Under the pieces are notes generated by a model. It ran no database searches. It was not told where the DNA came from and saw nothing but the letters and a program-made list of their open reading frames with translations. Positions 26,770-37,900 of a DNA stretch of 52,344 nucleotides are shown here, one piece after another. Position 1 is the stretch's first letter; every line of letters begins with the position of its first letter. This DNA is from a virus (taxonomy: Duplodnaviria > Caudoviricetes): IMG/VR virus record IMGVR_UViG_3300030106_002100, positions 1 through 52,344 of that record, one strand, 5' to 3'. The translations under genes were made by a program, and so were the position numbers.

Positions 26770-29160
26770 ATGGCTACATTTAAAAATGTACAAAGACAAG
26801 GTACGGGGTACATAATAAAAGAAAATAATACTTCTTATTTTGTTCCGGGAGATATAGTAAATAATGTTGATACTAGATTTGGTGCTGCAGGAGCGCAAAT
26901 AACAGATATTGACGTGCCTAATAATTATGATTATAAACAAATTATCTTTACTCCTGGGGCAACTGGAGGAGCAGGAGCGCAACCTAAAGATCCAACAGTT
27001 ACTAATGTAGCCACGGGAGAAGAGCGCACACTTAATGAGTATAGTAGAGTTGGATTCGGTTCAAGTTTGTTTGATCCGCCAGATGACGAGGAAGAAGGCC
27101 CAGTGGGCAGTAACTTGCTAGATCCCGCTGTAGATGTAGCGAAAGATTTCACCACAACTGATACACCTAATAATTCTGGTAATTTAACTACTTCTGGATT
27201 AGATGCGTTATATAAAGAAATACTAGGGAGACCATTTACAGACGGAGATGCGGTAGCTGCCAGATACTTGGGAATGAGTGAAGCTGATGTTAGAAAAGAA
27301 TTATCATCATCGCCGGAAGCCTTAATTTATAAACAAGGGGGAGATGATTTAACATTAGATCAGAGAGCAGGTTTTTTAGATATGGTCCAACAAGGGTTGC
27401 CAGACATTCAAGATGTTAATAATGATGGCGTAGTAAATATAGACGATTTATTGATTGACATGGGTAGAGCAGGTTATGGCGAAAATATACTTCCCCGATC
27501 AGAAGACCCAGTGGGCAGTAACTTGCTAGATCCCGCTGTAGATGTAGCGAAAGATTTAACCACAACTGATACACCTTCTGCAGTGGCAGGACCAAATGAG
27601 GTTCCGTTTTTTGGGAGTCAAGGACTAGAAAGAATTTTCACAGATGTTGTGGGCAGGAAACCTACAACAAATGATTATAATTTTTATTTTAACGAGTTTG
27701 GTGGTGGGCTTAACCCTCAAGAAAGAGCTGATTTAACAAGAAGATTAAGACCAGAGCAGCTAGAAAGATTTGATAGGCAACTAGGCCTACCTTCAACTGT
27801 AAGACGAGATGCGGCGGGTAATATACCAACCACACCTGCTTTAGACTTTTCAAAATTTAATAAAACTCTTGACACAGTAGGTATTGACAGATTAAAACCA
27901 CGAGATGATGCAGGTGCGTTAATAGGTGGTACTATGGCAAGTGCTTTCGCAAATCCTCAGTTTACATCGCCTTTTTCTATTCAAACTGAACAGCAAGAAC
28001 TACCTAAAGATACTTTTACACAACTTGGCGATTTGTTTGGTGAACAATTTAAAGCAGATTTAAGAGCAGAAGTAGCGGCTGAAGAGGCAGAGGGTAAAAG
28101 AGCAGGTGGTCTTGCTAGTTTAGGGTATAGACGTGGTGGTGTGGTAGATGAAAATGGTATACCTCGTTTGTTTCTTGGAGGTTTGTTTAAAGGTATAGGT
28201 AGAGCATTAAAAGGAATAACTAAAATAGCTCCGTTTATATTACCATTTATACCGGGATTTCAAGCTCTTACCTTGCCAATGCAATCCTTAATTGCAGGGG
28301 GTGTTGGTGGTTTTAGAGACGGTAAGTTTGATTTAAAACGTGCGTTAACAAGTGGTCTTACAACTTATGGTATTGGTAAACTAGCGCAAGCAGCAGGTAC
28401 TCCTGTTGGTCCAGAAGGTGGTGGAGGCGTTCAAACAGCTCAAGCTGGTCCACAAAGTGCCTTTGATCCAGTATCGGGTGCTGCTACTGACTCTAGTAGT
28501 TATTTTGTTCCTAAAGCTGCAGATGTAGGACGTGCAGGAGTTCCAGCAGGACAAGGAATTGTTGCCACAAACTCTGCGGCAGTAAATCCCGCTGCTGTTG
28601 ATCCAAGTCTAACTGGAATAGATAGATTAAAAGCAGAGGCTGTTGGCACAGGACAAAGGATTGGTGACACATTTAGTAATATTGCTTCAGGAAATGTTGA
28701 AAGCGGAAAATTAATTGCTCCTACTCTAACAACTGTTGGAGGTATAACAGCTACAAAAGCTGGCGATGAGTATGCTAAACAACAAGCAGAATACAAAGCT
28801 TTAACAGCGGCAGATGCAGCAGAAAAAGAAAGAAAACGTAGACTAGCTTTAGAAGCTATAAAAAGAAACCCATTTGGTTATAACGAAGGTGGTGTGTCGT
28901 CACTTCCTGCTAGATATTTAGATGGTATGGGTGATGGTATGAGTGATTCAATACGAGCCAACATAGGCGGTATGCAAGAAGCAAGATTAGCTGATGGAGA
29001 ATTTGTAGTCCCTGCCGATGTAGTGGCAGACCTTGGTAACGGTTCCTCAAATGCAGGAGCTGAAAGATTATACTCCATGATGGATAGAATTAGACAGGCA
29101 CGTCATGGAACAACAAAACAACCGCCTGAAGTAAATGTAAATAAAACATTACCAGCGTAA
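26770..29160 (+). CDS. internal virion/ejection protein
   Basis: AGGAG RBS; C-terminal GDGMSDSI...ARLADGEFVVPADVV motif; hydrophobic Gly-rich segment. Confidence 0.75.
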   Translation: MATFKNVQRQGTGYIIKENNTSYFVPGDIVNNVDTRFGAAGAQITDIDVPNNYDYKQIIFTPGATGGAGAQPKDPTVTNVATGEERTLNEYSRVGFGSSLFDPPDDEEEGPVGSNLLDPAVDVAKDFTTTDTPNNSGNLTTSGLDALYKEILGRPFTDGDAVAARYLGMSEADVRKELSSSPEALIYKQGGDDLTLDQRAGFLDMVQQGLPDIQDVNNDGVVNIDDLLIDMGRAGYGENILPRSEDPVGSNLLDPAVDVAKDLTTTDTPSAVAGPNEVPFFGSQGLERIFTDVVGRKPTTNDYNFYFNEFGGGLNPQERADLTRRLRPEQLERFDRQLGLPSTVRRDAAGNIPTTPALDFSKFNKTLDTVGIDRLKPRDDAGALIGGTMASAFANPQFTSPFSIQTEQQELPKDTFTQLGDLFGEQFKADLRAEVAAEEAEGKRAGGLASLGYRRGGVVDENGIPRLFLGGLFKGIGRALKGITKIAPFILPFIPGFQALTLPMQSLIAGGVGGFRDGKFDLKRALTSGLTTYGIGKLAQAAGTPVGPEGGGGVQTAQAGPQSAFDPVSGAATDSSSYFVPKAADVGRAGVPAGQGIVATNSAAVNPAAVDPSLTGIDRLKAEAVGTGQRIGDTFSNIASGNVESGKLIAPTLTTVGGITATKAGDEYAKQQAEYKALTAADAAEKERKRRLALEAIKRNPFGYNEGGVSSLPARYLDGMGDGMSDSIRANIGGMQEARLADGEFVVPADVVADLGNGSSNAGAERLYSMMDRIRQARHGTTKQPPEVNVNKTLPA
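27099..27576 (+). repeat. 70-bp intragenic direct repeat
   Basis: 27099-27168 vs 27507-27576, one mismatch. Confidence 0.9.
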
Positions 29161-29169
29161 GGAAGAGAT

Positions 29170-30090
29170 ATGGTACAACAAGTAACCCAAGTAACGAGTG
29201 AAATACCTGAGGTATTAGAACCTTATTTTGTAGGCGATCCCGATGCGGGTATAACAGGCATAATGCCAAAAGCCCAAGAACTATTTAGTAAAGGGTTCGA
29301 TGACGTATACGGGGCAGGAGCGCAATCTCTTATGGGGCTTGGTGGCGTGGCTCCAATGTCATTCTCACAGGAAGAACTTGGTAGGCAAATACAAAACCTA
29401 GCAGCACCAGACGCATTTACTATTGGTCAACAAGCTCAGGAAGAGGGCATAAGAGGGTTATTAGCAGCACCCGGAAGATTTGATTCAGCGGCAGCTCAAG
29501 CTTATATGTCACCGTATCAACAAGGTGTTGTAGATATAGCGCAAAGAAAAGCAATTGATGCTGCAAAAAAAGCTCAGTTAGATGCTAACTTAGCGTCAGC
29601 TAGACAAGGCACGTACGGTGGCGCAAGACAAGCTCTTTTAACAGGAGCTAGAGAATCAGGACTTAGGACACAACTTGGTGATATACAAACAAAAGGTTTA
29701 CAAGATGCGTTCTTAAATGCTCAACAACAGTTTGAGAGAGACCGTGCCGCACAAATGACAGCAGCTCAAGGACTAGGCACACTAGGACAACAACAAGGAG
29801 CATTAGGAGTTCAACAACAAGCAGCAGAACTAGACCGACTCAAAACACTCGGTGCGTTTGGAGACTTAGAAAGAGCTATAATGCAAGAAGGTCTAAGCGC
29901 AGAGGGCGCATTTCAAAGACGTAGAGACGAGTTTGGACAACAGCAACTAGGTAACCTTGCAAACATCTTGCGTGGTGTACCGACAACAAGCTCAACACAA
30001 ACAACTGCTACACCTCCACCAAGCTTTGCATCACAATTAACAGGTCTTGGTATTACAGGTCTAAGTTTAGCTAAATTATTAGGGGGTTAA
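29170..30090 (+). CDS. DNA transfer/ejection protein
   Basis: YMSPYQQ.V, G.YGG.RQA; Gln/Ala-rich; hydrophobic C-terminus. Confidence 0.75.
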   Translation: MVQQVTQVTSEIPEVLEPYFVGDPDAGITGIMPKAQELFSKGFDDVYGAGAQSLMGLGGVAPMSFSQEELGRQIQNLAAPDAFTIGQQAQEEGIRGLLAAPGRFDSAAAQAYMSPYQQGVVDIAQRKAIDAAKKAQLDANLASARQGTYGGARQALLTGARESGLRTQLGDIQTKGLQDAFLNAQQQFERDRAAQMTAAQGLGTLGQQQGALGVQQQAAELDRLKTLGAFGDLERAIMQEGLSAEGAFQRRRDEFGQQQLGNLANILRGVPTTSSTQTTATPPPSFASQLTGLGITGLSLAKLLGG

Positions 30091-30093
30091 GAA

Positions 30094-31932
30094 ATGTCAA
30101 TAGGTATACTAAGTGCAATGGATGGTCTACAAGGTAAGGATAGGCCCGACGATAATTCTGTATTGTCTGATATAGATAGATTAGCCAGTTTACCTCAAGC
30201 GTTGATTATGCAGATGGCGCAGAAAGGACAGATTCCTAAAGAAGACGTGCTACCCATAATGAACAAAAAAAATGAGAACGCACAAGCGGCTGCTCAAATT
30301 AGAGCAGTAGCACAACAAATGGCACAGCAACAACAAATGGGAGGTCCTCCACCGAGCACAGTTTTTGAAAAAGTTATGGCGCAAAACGCATCTAGAGAAG
30401 CTGTTCCTATGGATAGATCAAACGTCGGTATTGCCTCGGCTCCAATGAGACCGGATATGTTTGCTAAAGCAAGTGGTGGTATCGTTGCGTTTAGTGGAGA
30501 AGATGGTTCGTTAGTACGTCAAAAAAGATTAGCTGAAGCTGAAAGAAATAGGTTACTAGGCCTAGCTGGGCCTTCAAATGCACCAGTATTTGGGTTTGTT
30601 GATGCTTTAGTAAAACAAGGGTTAAGGACGTATCCGGGAACACAAACTCTTTTGGATGGCGCAAGGACTTTACCTGCTGACCCTAATGATCGCCCTTTAG
30701 ATGACGCCATTAATCCAGTAGGCCGAATAGAAGATAATAACCCACTAGCTAATGCAAGATTGCTAGGTGCCTCTACTGAAGTAAAAGCTGAACCTATATA
30801 TGATGAAAAAACAGGCAAGGTTATATACCCAGAAGGTTATACGGACATAAAAGAAGGAGAATATCCAGAAAGAGCGGCTGTTAGAGATTATTTAGCAGAA
30901 GGAGAAAGACGAGGTATGCTACCTGAAGAAGGGGAAAAGCCGTCAGGTTTACAAGAGGCTCAGGCTGAACAATACTTTGCAGAACAACGTGCTGCCAGAG
31001 AAATACCTAAATCTGGTCCGACTGATGAAGATCTATTAGGTAGGCCTGAAGGTGAAGTAGAAGGTTTGGGTGATGTCGTGGCAGATATGGCAGATAAAAC
31101 GCAATCTATAATGGATAGCATAGGGTTACAAAAACCAGAAGACTTTAAGCCAGAAGACTTTTCTGTAGAGAATACTCGTAAATTATTTACAGATGCAGGG
31201 GTTAATTTAAATCTATTAAGCGATCAAGCTAAAAAATTAGGTCAAGAAAGATTAAAATTAGACAAGGATAAAAAAGAAGCACTTGCGTTCTTTGGTTTAG
31301 AAGCAGGACTTAACATACTAGCTGGAAAAGATCCAAATGCTTTGGTTAATATTGGAGCTGGGGCTGGTAAAGCAATAGCACCTTTGAGAAAAGAATTAAC
31401 TAGACTTAAAGACCAACACAATGCTTTAAGAAAAGAAGAAAATCAGTTAGCACGTATGCAGTCTCAACAAGATATGGGTATTGCTAAGTTTTCTCAAGAA
31501 CGCCTTAACGATGCTAGAAAGTCATATGATGCAAATCTCAGGAATTACAATACAACTAGAGCACAAATTGCAAATAGAGTATTAGCTGATAATTCTGCTT
31601 TACAGCGTGTGAAAATGCAGGTGAAAGGGCAAAAAGAAGCTGCTGAAATAAAAGCAGGTGCAACAGGACTTACAGCATCAGCACTTCGTGATTACAGGCA
31701 AAAAAAATTGCAAACTGATGCACTTGAAGATATAAATAATACTAATGAACAAGTAATTTCGTTAAATGTGGCTATGAGTAGAGAGAAAGATCCTAAGAGG
31801 TTAAAAGAGTTAGAAAAAGAAAGAGATTCTATTATAAATAGAGAGTTAGCAAAACGTGGCATTGGGACTCTCGAAGAACCGATTACTTCTGATAGATATA
31901 AAGGGTTCTCAGTAACTGAAGTTGATGGGTAA
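30094..31932 (+). CDS. internal virion/ejection protein
   Basis: GGIVAF motif; helical; lies between ejection genes. Confidence 0.7.
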   Translation: MSIGILSAMDGLQGKDRPDDNSVLSDIDRLASLPQALIMQMAQKGQIPKEDVLPIMNKKNENAQAAAQIRAVAQQMAQQQQMGGPPPSTVFEKVMAQNASREAVPMDRSNVGIASAPMRPDMFAKASGGIVAFSGEDGSLVRQKRLAEAERNRLLGLAGPSNAPVFGFVDALVKQGLRTYPGTQTLLDGARTLPADPNDRPLDDAINPVGRIEDNNPLANARLLGASTEVKAEPIYDEKTGKVIYPEGYTDIKEGEYPERAAVRDYLAEGERRGMLPEEGEKPSGLQEAQAEQYFAEQRAAREIPKSGPTDEDLLGRPEGEVEGLGDVVADMADKTQSIMDSIGLQKPEDFKPEDFSVENTRKLFTDAGVNLNLLSDQAKKLGQERLKLDKDKKEALAFFGLEAGLNILAGKDPNALVNIGAGAGKAIAPLRKELTRLKDQHNALRKEENQLARMQSQQDMGIAKFSQERLNDARKSYDANLRNYNTTRAQIANRVLADNSALQRVKMQVKGQKEAAEIKAGATGLTASALRDYRQKKLQTDALEDINNTNEQVISLNVAMSREKDPKRLKELEKERDSIINRELAKRGIGTLEEPITSDRYKGFSVTEVDG

Positions 31933-31938
31933 TTTAAA

Positions 31939-34900
31939 ATGCCTATATACGAAGTAACTTCACCAACTGGTAAAAAATATAGGGTTGACGCACCAGAAGG
32001 AGCTACTCAAGAAGACGCTATTAGATACATAGCCGACGAAGTAGAGGCACCTCCAACAACCGAACCAGATTTAGCACAACCCACTGAGCCGATACCCGAT
32101 CCTGAAGATCAAAGCTTTCTTAGATCTGTTGCAGACGTTCCTCTTAGTTTTGGTCGAGGTGTGGTTTCCGGTATTAAGTTTATATCTGATGCGCTAGGTG
32201 CAGACAATGAATTTTCTCAAGCAGCAGAGGGCGTAGAAGAATACTTAGCCTCTCTTATGTCGGCACAGTCTAAACAAGATAGTGCAGAAATATCTAGAAT
32301 AATGAAAGATGCCGAGGATAAAGGTGTCGGTGATCAAGTTGTAGCTGCTCTAAAAGCTTTCACAGTTGCCCCCATAGATTTAGTCACGAACGCTCTTGGC
32401 ACTGCAGCTCCCGGTATTGTCGCTGCTGTTGGTTCTACAGTTGCAGGGGCACCTGCTGCTGCCACAGTCGGAGTTCTTGGAGCCGTCGGTACGACCCAAG
32501 GTTTAGGTATAGTAAAAGACACTATTTATGATGGAACAAAACAAGCATTATTAGATGCGGGTGCAACCGAACGACAAGCCGAAGAAAGAGCAAGATTAGC
32601 GCAAGAGTATGGTGGTCAGAATTTAGACTTAATATTGGGAGGTGGTGCTTTTGGTGGACTTGCTGCCATAACAGGTGTTGACAAAGCGTTGGCCGGACCC
32701 ATAGCTAAAAAAATATTAGGCGACTCCTTAATAAAATCTGGAAGTAAAGGAGGTTTAAAAGACTACGCATCGGCAATATTAAAAGAGGCAGGGCCGGAAG
32801 GTGCCCAAGCTGCTCAGGAACAACTTTCTGAGAATATAGCGTTACAAAGAGAGGGGTTCGATGTCCCAACATTTAGAGGGGTTGCAGGTGCTACAACACT
32901 TGAAGGAATAGTTGCAGGTGCGCTTGCTGCTGGTGTAGAGTTTGCAACACCGAAAGAAGATACTGAAGCTGATACTCTAGATGAAGAGTCACAGCGCACT
33001 CAACAAAGATTAGAGGAGGCACAGAAAAAAGATGATGCAGCCACAAAACCTGATGAACCTGACAGCAAAGGAGCTGAGTCTGGCGTTCCTAGTGCTGACG
33101 TCACAAAAACCGATGAAGGTGCCGAAGAAGTTGGAGAACCTGTCGGAAGAGGAGTGGGACCTGCTGGGGTTACTCCTGACAAGCCTGGAGATACAGAAAG
33201 ACGAGTCGACGATACAGTAGAAGAAGAAGGAGAGGTGTTTTTTAGAGGGCAATCGAAAAAAACTAAAAAGGGTACTGGCGCTGGAGCCATGGGTGAAGGC
33301 ATATATTTAACACCTAGTGAAACACAAGCTCAAGATTTTGCTGATCGACAAGAAGATGGTGAAGTAGTTAAGTACAAAGTTAAACCTAACTTAAAAATAG
33401 CCGACTACAAAGAAATGTTAAGAACAGATGAGGTTAATAAATTTAGGGAAAATTTTTTTAATGATCCAACAAATAGAAAGAGTCTAAGAGAATCTTATCC
33501 TCAATTAACTGATGAAGTATTTGGAAGGTTTTTAGGCACTTTACGGAGTCAGCCTGAAGTATTTCCAACTGAGCAACGAGGGTTTTCAAAGAAACAAATA
33601 GCTGACTATAACAAAGGTATAAAAGAAGTTATTCAAAAACTAGGATTCGATGGAGTTAATGACCCTTCACCTGAAATCGGGCTTGTCATATTTGATCCTA
33701 AAAATACAACAGAAGTAAAACCAGAAGTAACAGAAGAGGCAAAACCAGAACCAGAAGTAAAAACAGAACCAGAAGTAAAAACAGAACCAGAAGTAAAAAC
33801 AGAACCAGAAGTAAAACCAGAACCAGAAGTAAAACCAGAACCAGAAGTAACAACCATACCAAAATCAGATTTAGTAAAACAAGAAAAGAAACTAACAAAA
33901 GAGTTCGATAGTATAAAGCCAGGTAAAGGTAGGCGAAAAGCAAGTGCTGGAGATACAGGTTTCTTAGGTCTTAAAGAAATAGAAGACATGTTTGCTAATA
34001 TGCGAGGTTATAAGGTATCTCCAGAAGAAGAGCAAAAAATAAGAGATAAATTTAAAGGGACGTCTGTATTACCCAGAGATATAGAAAACTCTATACAAAA
34101 TAGAAACAATCTGTCTTATGAAAAAAGAAAAGAAAAAGCTTTACGTCTAGGAAATATTGCGAAAGCTAGATTAGAAATTCTTAAAGAAGCAAAAGGTAAA
34201 GACCTTAATTCTGAGGGCAGACAAAACGTAATTGATGCAGTCATAAAACGCATATTTAATGATGATAAAAACTTAAAAGAAGCTAGCGTTAAAAAATACG
34301 GTAAAGGTAGAGAGTTTGTTTTAGCTGAAGAACTTGTAAGCGAACGCTCTGTTGTTGATTTAGGTAAGGCAGTATTACTTCAAGATAGCGCAAGTATAGA
34401 TGAATTAAGCTCCAGTGATACGGTAGATATAAAAAGAATAGAAAAAGCTGCCGAGCTTGCAGAGTTGCAAGAAAAAATGTTTGAGTATGTAGAGCAATCA
34501 GAAACACCTGAAGGAAAACAACCAACAGCGCCGACAGCAGAGGTAAAAGAAGATGCTACAAAAGATCCTGAAACTATAAAACAAGCTAAGACGATAGCTG
34601 AAAATACAAAGGACTTAAAAGAAGAAGATAGCTTTGAAGATTTATCTATAGAAAATTCTCAAACACCCAACGCTGATCAAACGACACCCAACAATGTCGG
34701 TAACATAAACCAAAACGCTAGGCCTAAATGGAAGCAGGTAATAGGTAAGTACACTCCAAAAGCTTTAATGCAAATGGCAGGTGCAGCAAGAGCAAAACTG
34801 TTTAGAATATACACCCTTCGTATGTTAAACGATACGAACAACTTGCTTGGCGGTTCTAAAATGGTTCAGTATCTACAAGCTTTAAAAATAAGTGAGGCTA

Positions 34901-37900
34901 ATGTTGCAGATAGGAACTCAATAATAAATGAAGCTGCCGTAATAATGCGTGACATTCAAAACTTCCGAAAAGAAAAAACAAAAGGTAGAGACAACAACAA
35001 TATATTAAAAGATTTAGGAATCATAATGAACTCTGCAACTATGAGGCAAAAAGATCCTATGTCTTTACCTAAGGATGATGAATTAAGAAAAGCGTATGAA
35101 AAGCTACCCCCTAAAGCTAAAAACATATACAAAGCTTTACAGGCATTTTATCAGAAACAAACGGATGGGTTTGTCTTTGACCTTGTAGAAAAATATCAAA
35201 GAACTATGGTTACTGTAAACCACGACGATGATCCAGAATATACACAAAAAAGACGTATAAAAATAGCAGAAGCATTAATACAATTTGGATCTGAAGAACA
35301 AATAAAGAAGACCTACTTTGATAAAACAAATGAAGAAACTGTAAACTATGTAGATGAGTACATAAAAATAAAAGAAAACGATTTACAAAAAGAAAAAGAT
35401 TTTAGGGAAAAGAACTTAAATGCTATGTCAGCGCAAAGAGCAGCAGATACTTTAGCTGATATAAGAGACCTTGAAAAAAATATTATTAAGTTAAAAAGCA
35501 AAAAGTCTAGGAGAATAGCTCCGTATTTCCCATTAAAAAGATTTGGAGAGTATTGGTTTCAAGTTAAACGAGCAGGTAAAAAACAACCTGTTGAATTTTA
35601 TACTTTTGAATCTGCTGCAGATAGAGATGCGGCATTAGAGACTAGATTAAAAGAGTTACAAGAAGCGGGAGACCCTAATTTAAGTATAGACGCTAAATTT
35701 ACAGCCGATGGTTTAGAGGGTAATGATGTAGGAAATAGATTACTAAAAGCTTTAAACTCTTTCGATGTTTCTTCGTCTGTTGGAAACAATATAAAAGATA
35801 TAGTGGATGGCATAATTCAAAATAGAAAAAAAGAATTTGAAAACTCTAATTTAACAGAAGAACAAATAGCAGATATTCAAGACGAAAGAGATAAACAGAC
35901 CCGTACTTCAGACGATGGCAGACCCATAAAAGGTGTGAGTTTAAATAAACTACAAAACGATATAGAAGATGCTGTAACTCAATTGGTATTTATGACTCTC
36001 CCTGAAAATAACATAAGAAAAGCTTTTTTAGAAAGAAGAAACATAGTTGGAGCTGGCACAGATATAGCTAGAATATTTTCAGGACAAGCGATTAGTTTTG
36101 CGTATCAGAGATCAAGATTAAAATACACCGACTCTTTCTTTACACAAATAGACAATGCGTATATAGCAGCAAAACAAGACAGAAATGTAGACAGATCTAC
36201 GTTAAAAATAGACTTAGTCAGAGAGCTTGATGCTAGAGCAACACACATATTAGGTATAAAACCAACCACAACAGCAGATAACATATCTAACGGACTAACT
36301 CAGTTTACTTTCTTGTGGTTACTAACTGCTCCTGCCTCTGGTTTAATAAACATTGCAGGTATGGCAGCAATAGGTATGCCCTATATAGGAGCTAGATTCG
36401 GCTTCGGTAAAACCAATAAACTTATGATGCAGTATTCTACAAAATACTTAACGTCTAGATGGTTCTCGTCCAGTAAACAAGCTAAAGATGCACAAGGTAA
36501 TACAGTAAATGTACAGTATTCTACTACTGCGCCAACGCTAGAGAAAAAGATAGATGAATTAGACGTAGATCCTAAACTGCAACCTGTACTAAAAACTGCG
36601 TATAAAAGATTTATGCACGACAACGATGTTAACGCATCCCTAACACATGACTTTACAGGTGCTGGAAGAGAACAAGATGTGCCGGGTGTTGCAAGAGGTA
36701 TTGTGGGCGGTTACAGAACTTCAGTTGACTTTATTTCTGCTTTCTTTCATCACACTGAGAGGTTCCAAAGAGAGATAATGTTAATGACTTCGTTTCAATT
36801 AGCATACGAAAAGAACGTAAAAGATGGTAAGAAAGATGCTTTTGAAGATGCCATACAACAGGCGAAAGATCTAACAGGTATGTCTATAGGTGATTTTACA
36901 AGTGCTGGAAAACCTCCTGTTTTGGCTCAACCTTTTATTAAAAACATCTTCCAATTCAAGCAATACTCTTTGATTCAAACATACAACATGATACGTAATG
37001 CTTACGTTATGACAGCATTTAAGGATGGAGATGATCCGCAACTCAAAGCTGAAAAAGCAGAGGCAAGAAAAAGGCTAGTTGGTATGTTAGGTATAACATT
37101 TTTAATGGCTGGTGCAGCGGGCTTACCTATATACACGTTTAGTATGCTTGCAATAGAAGCATTTTCTGCTGCGTTTGATGATGAAGAAGACAGAATAGAA
37201 GACGGAGAAGCTTATGTAAATGGTTTATTGTCTCAAACAATAGGCGGTAAAGGAGCGGCTATGTTGTTAAGAGGTGCTCCGGGAGAGTTAGCAAATATAG
37301 GTATATCAGAGAGGGTTAGTTTAGATTTAGCAAATTTATGGATGCGAGATAGCGGTCTTCAACTTAACTATGAAGATGCTTACAAGGCTACACTAATAAA
37401 TCTATTAGGTCCTACCGTATCAATAGGAGCTAACTTTGCTAAAGCTGCAAACTTATACATGAATGAATACAATCCAAGAGCCGCATTTGAAGCTGCCGCA
37501 CCTATACTTGCAGCAAACATTTCAAAAGCAGAACGTTACCTAGCAGATAAAGCTGCAGTATCTCTCACAAAAGGAACTGAAATACAAGGTGATTTAGACG
37601 CTGTAGATGTATTGTACAGAGCACTTGGTTTTGCACCAGAGAATGTATTACGTAAGCAAAAGTCTGCAATAAGAATGAAAGCAGGTGAGCTTAAAATTAC
37701 AGGCTTAAGAACTCGTCTTTTAGGCGCATTGTTTTTAGCTACTCACTTTGATGACGATAATATGTATGACGACATAAAAGAAAAAATAGATAGGTTTAAC
37801 GATAAATACCCAGAGTTTCGTATAAGCGGTAGAGACATAAGAAACTCTTTGAGTAGAAGAATGGATGCTTTGAGAGAAAGAGAACGAAACAACGGTGTAA

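Noticed and set aside
27099-27576. DGR template/variable repeat pair
   Set aside because: Only one mismatch, both copies coding, and no reverse transcriptase in the window.
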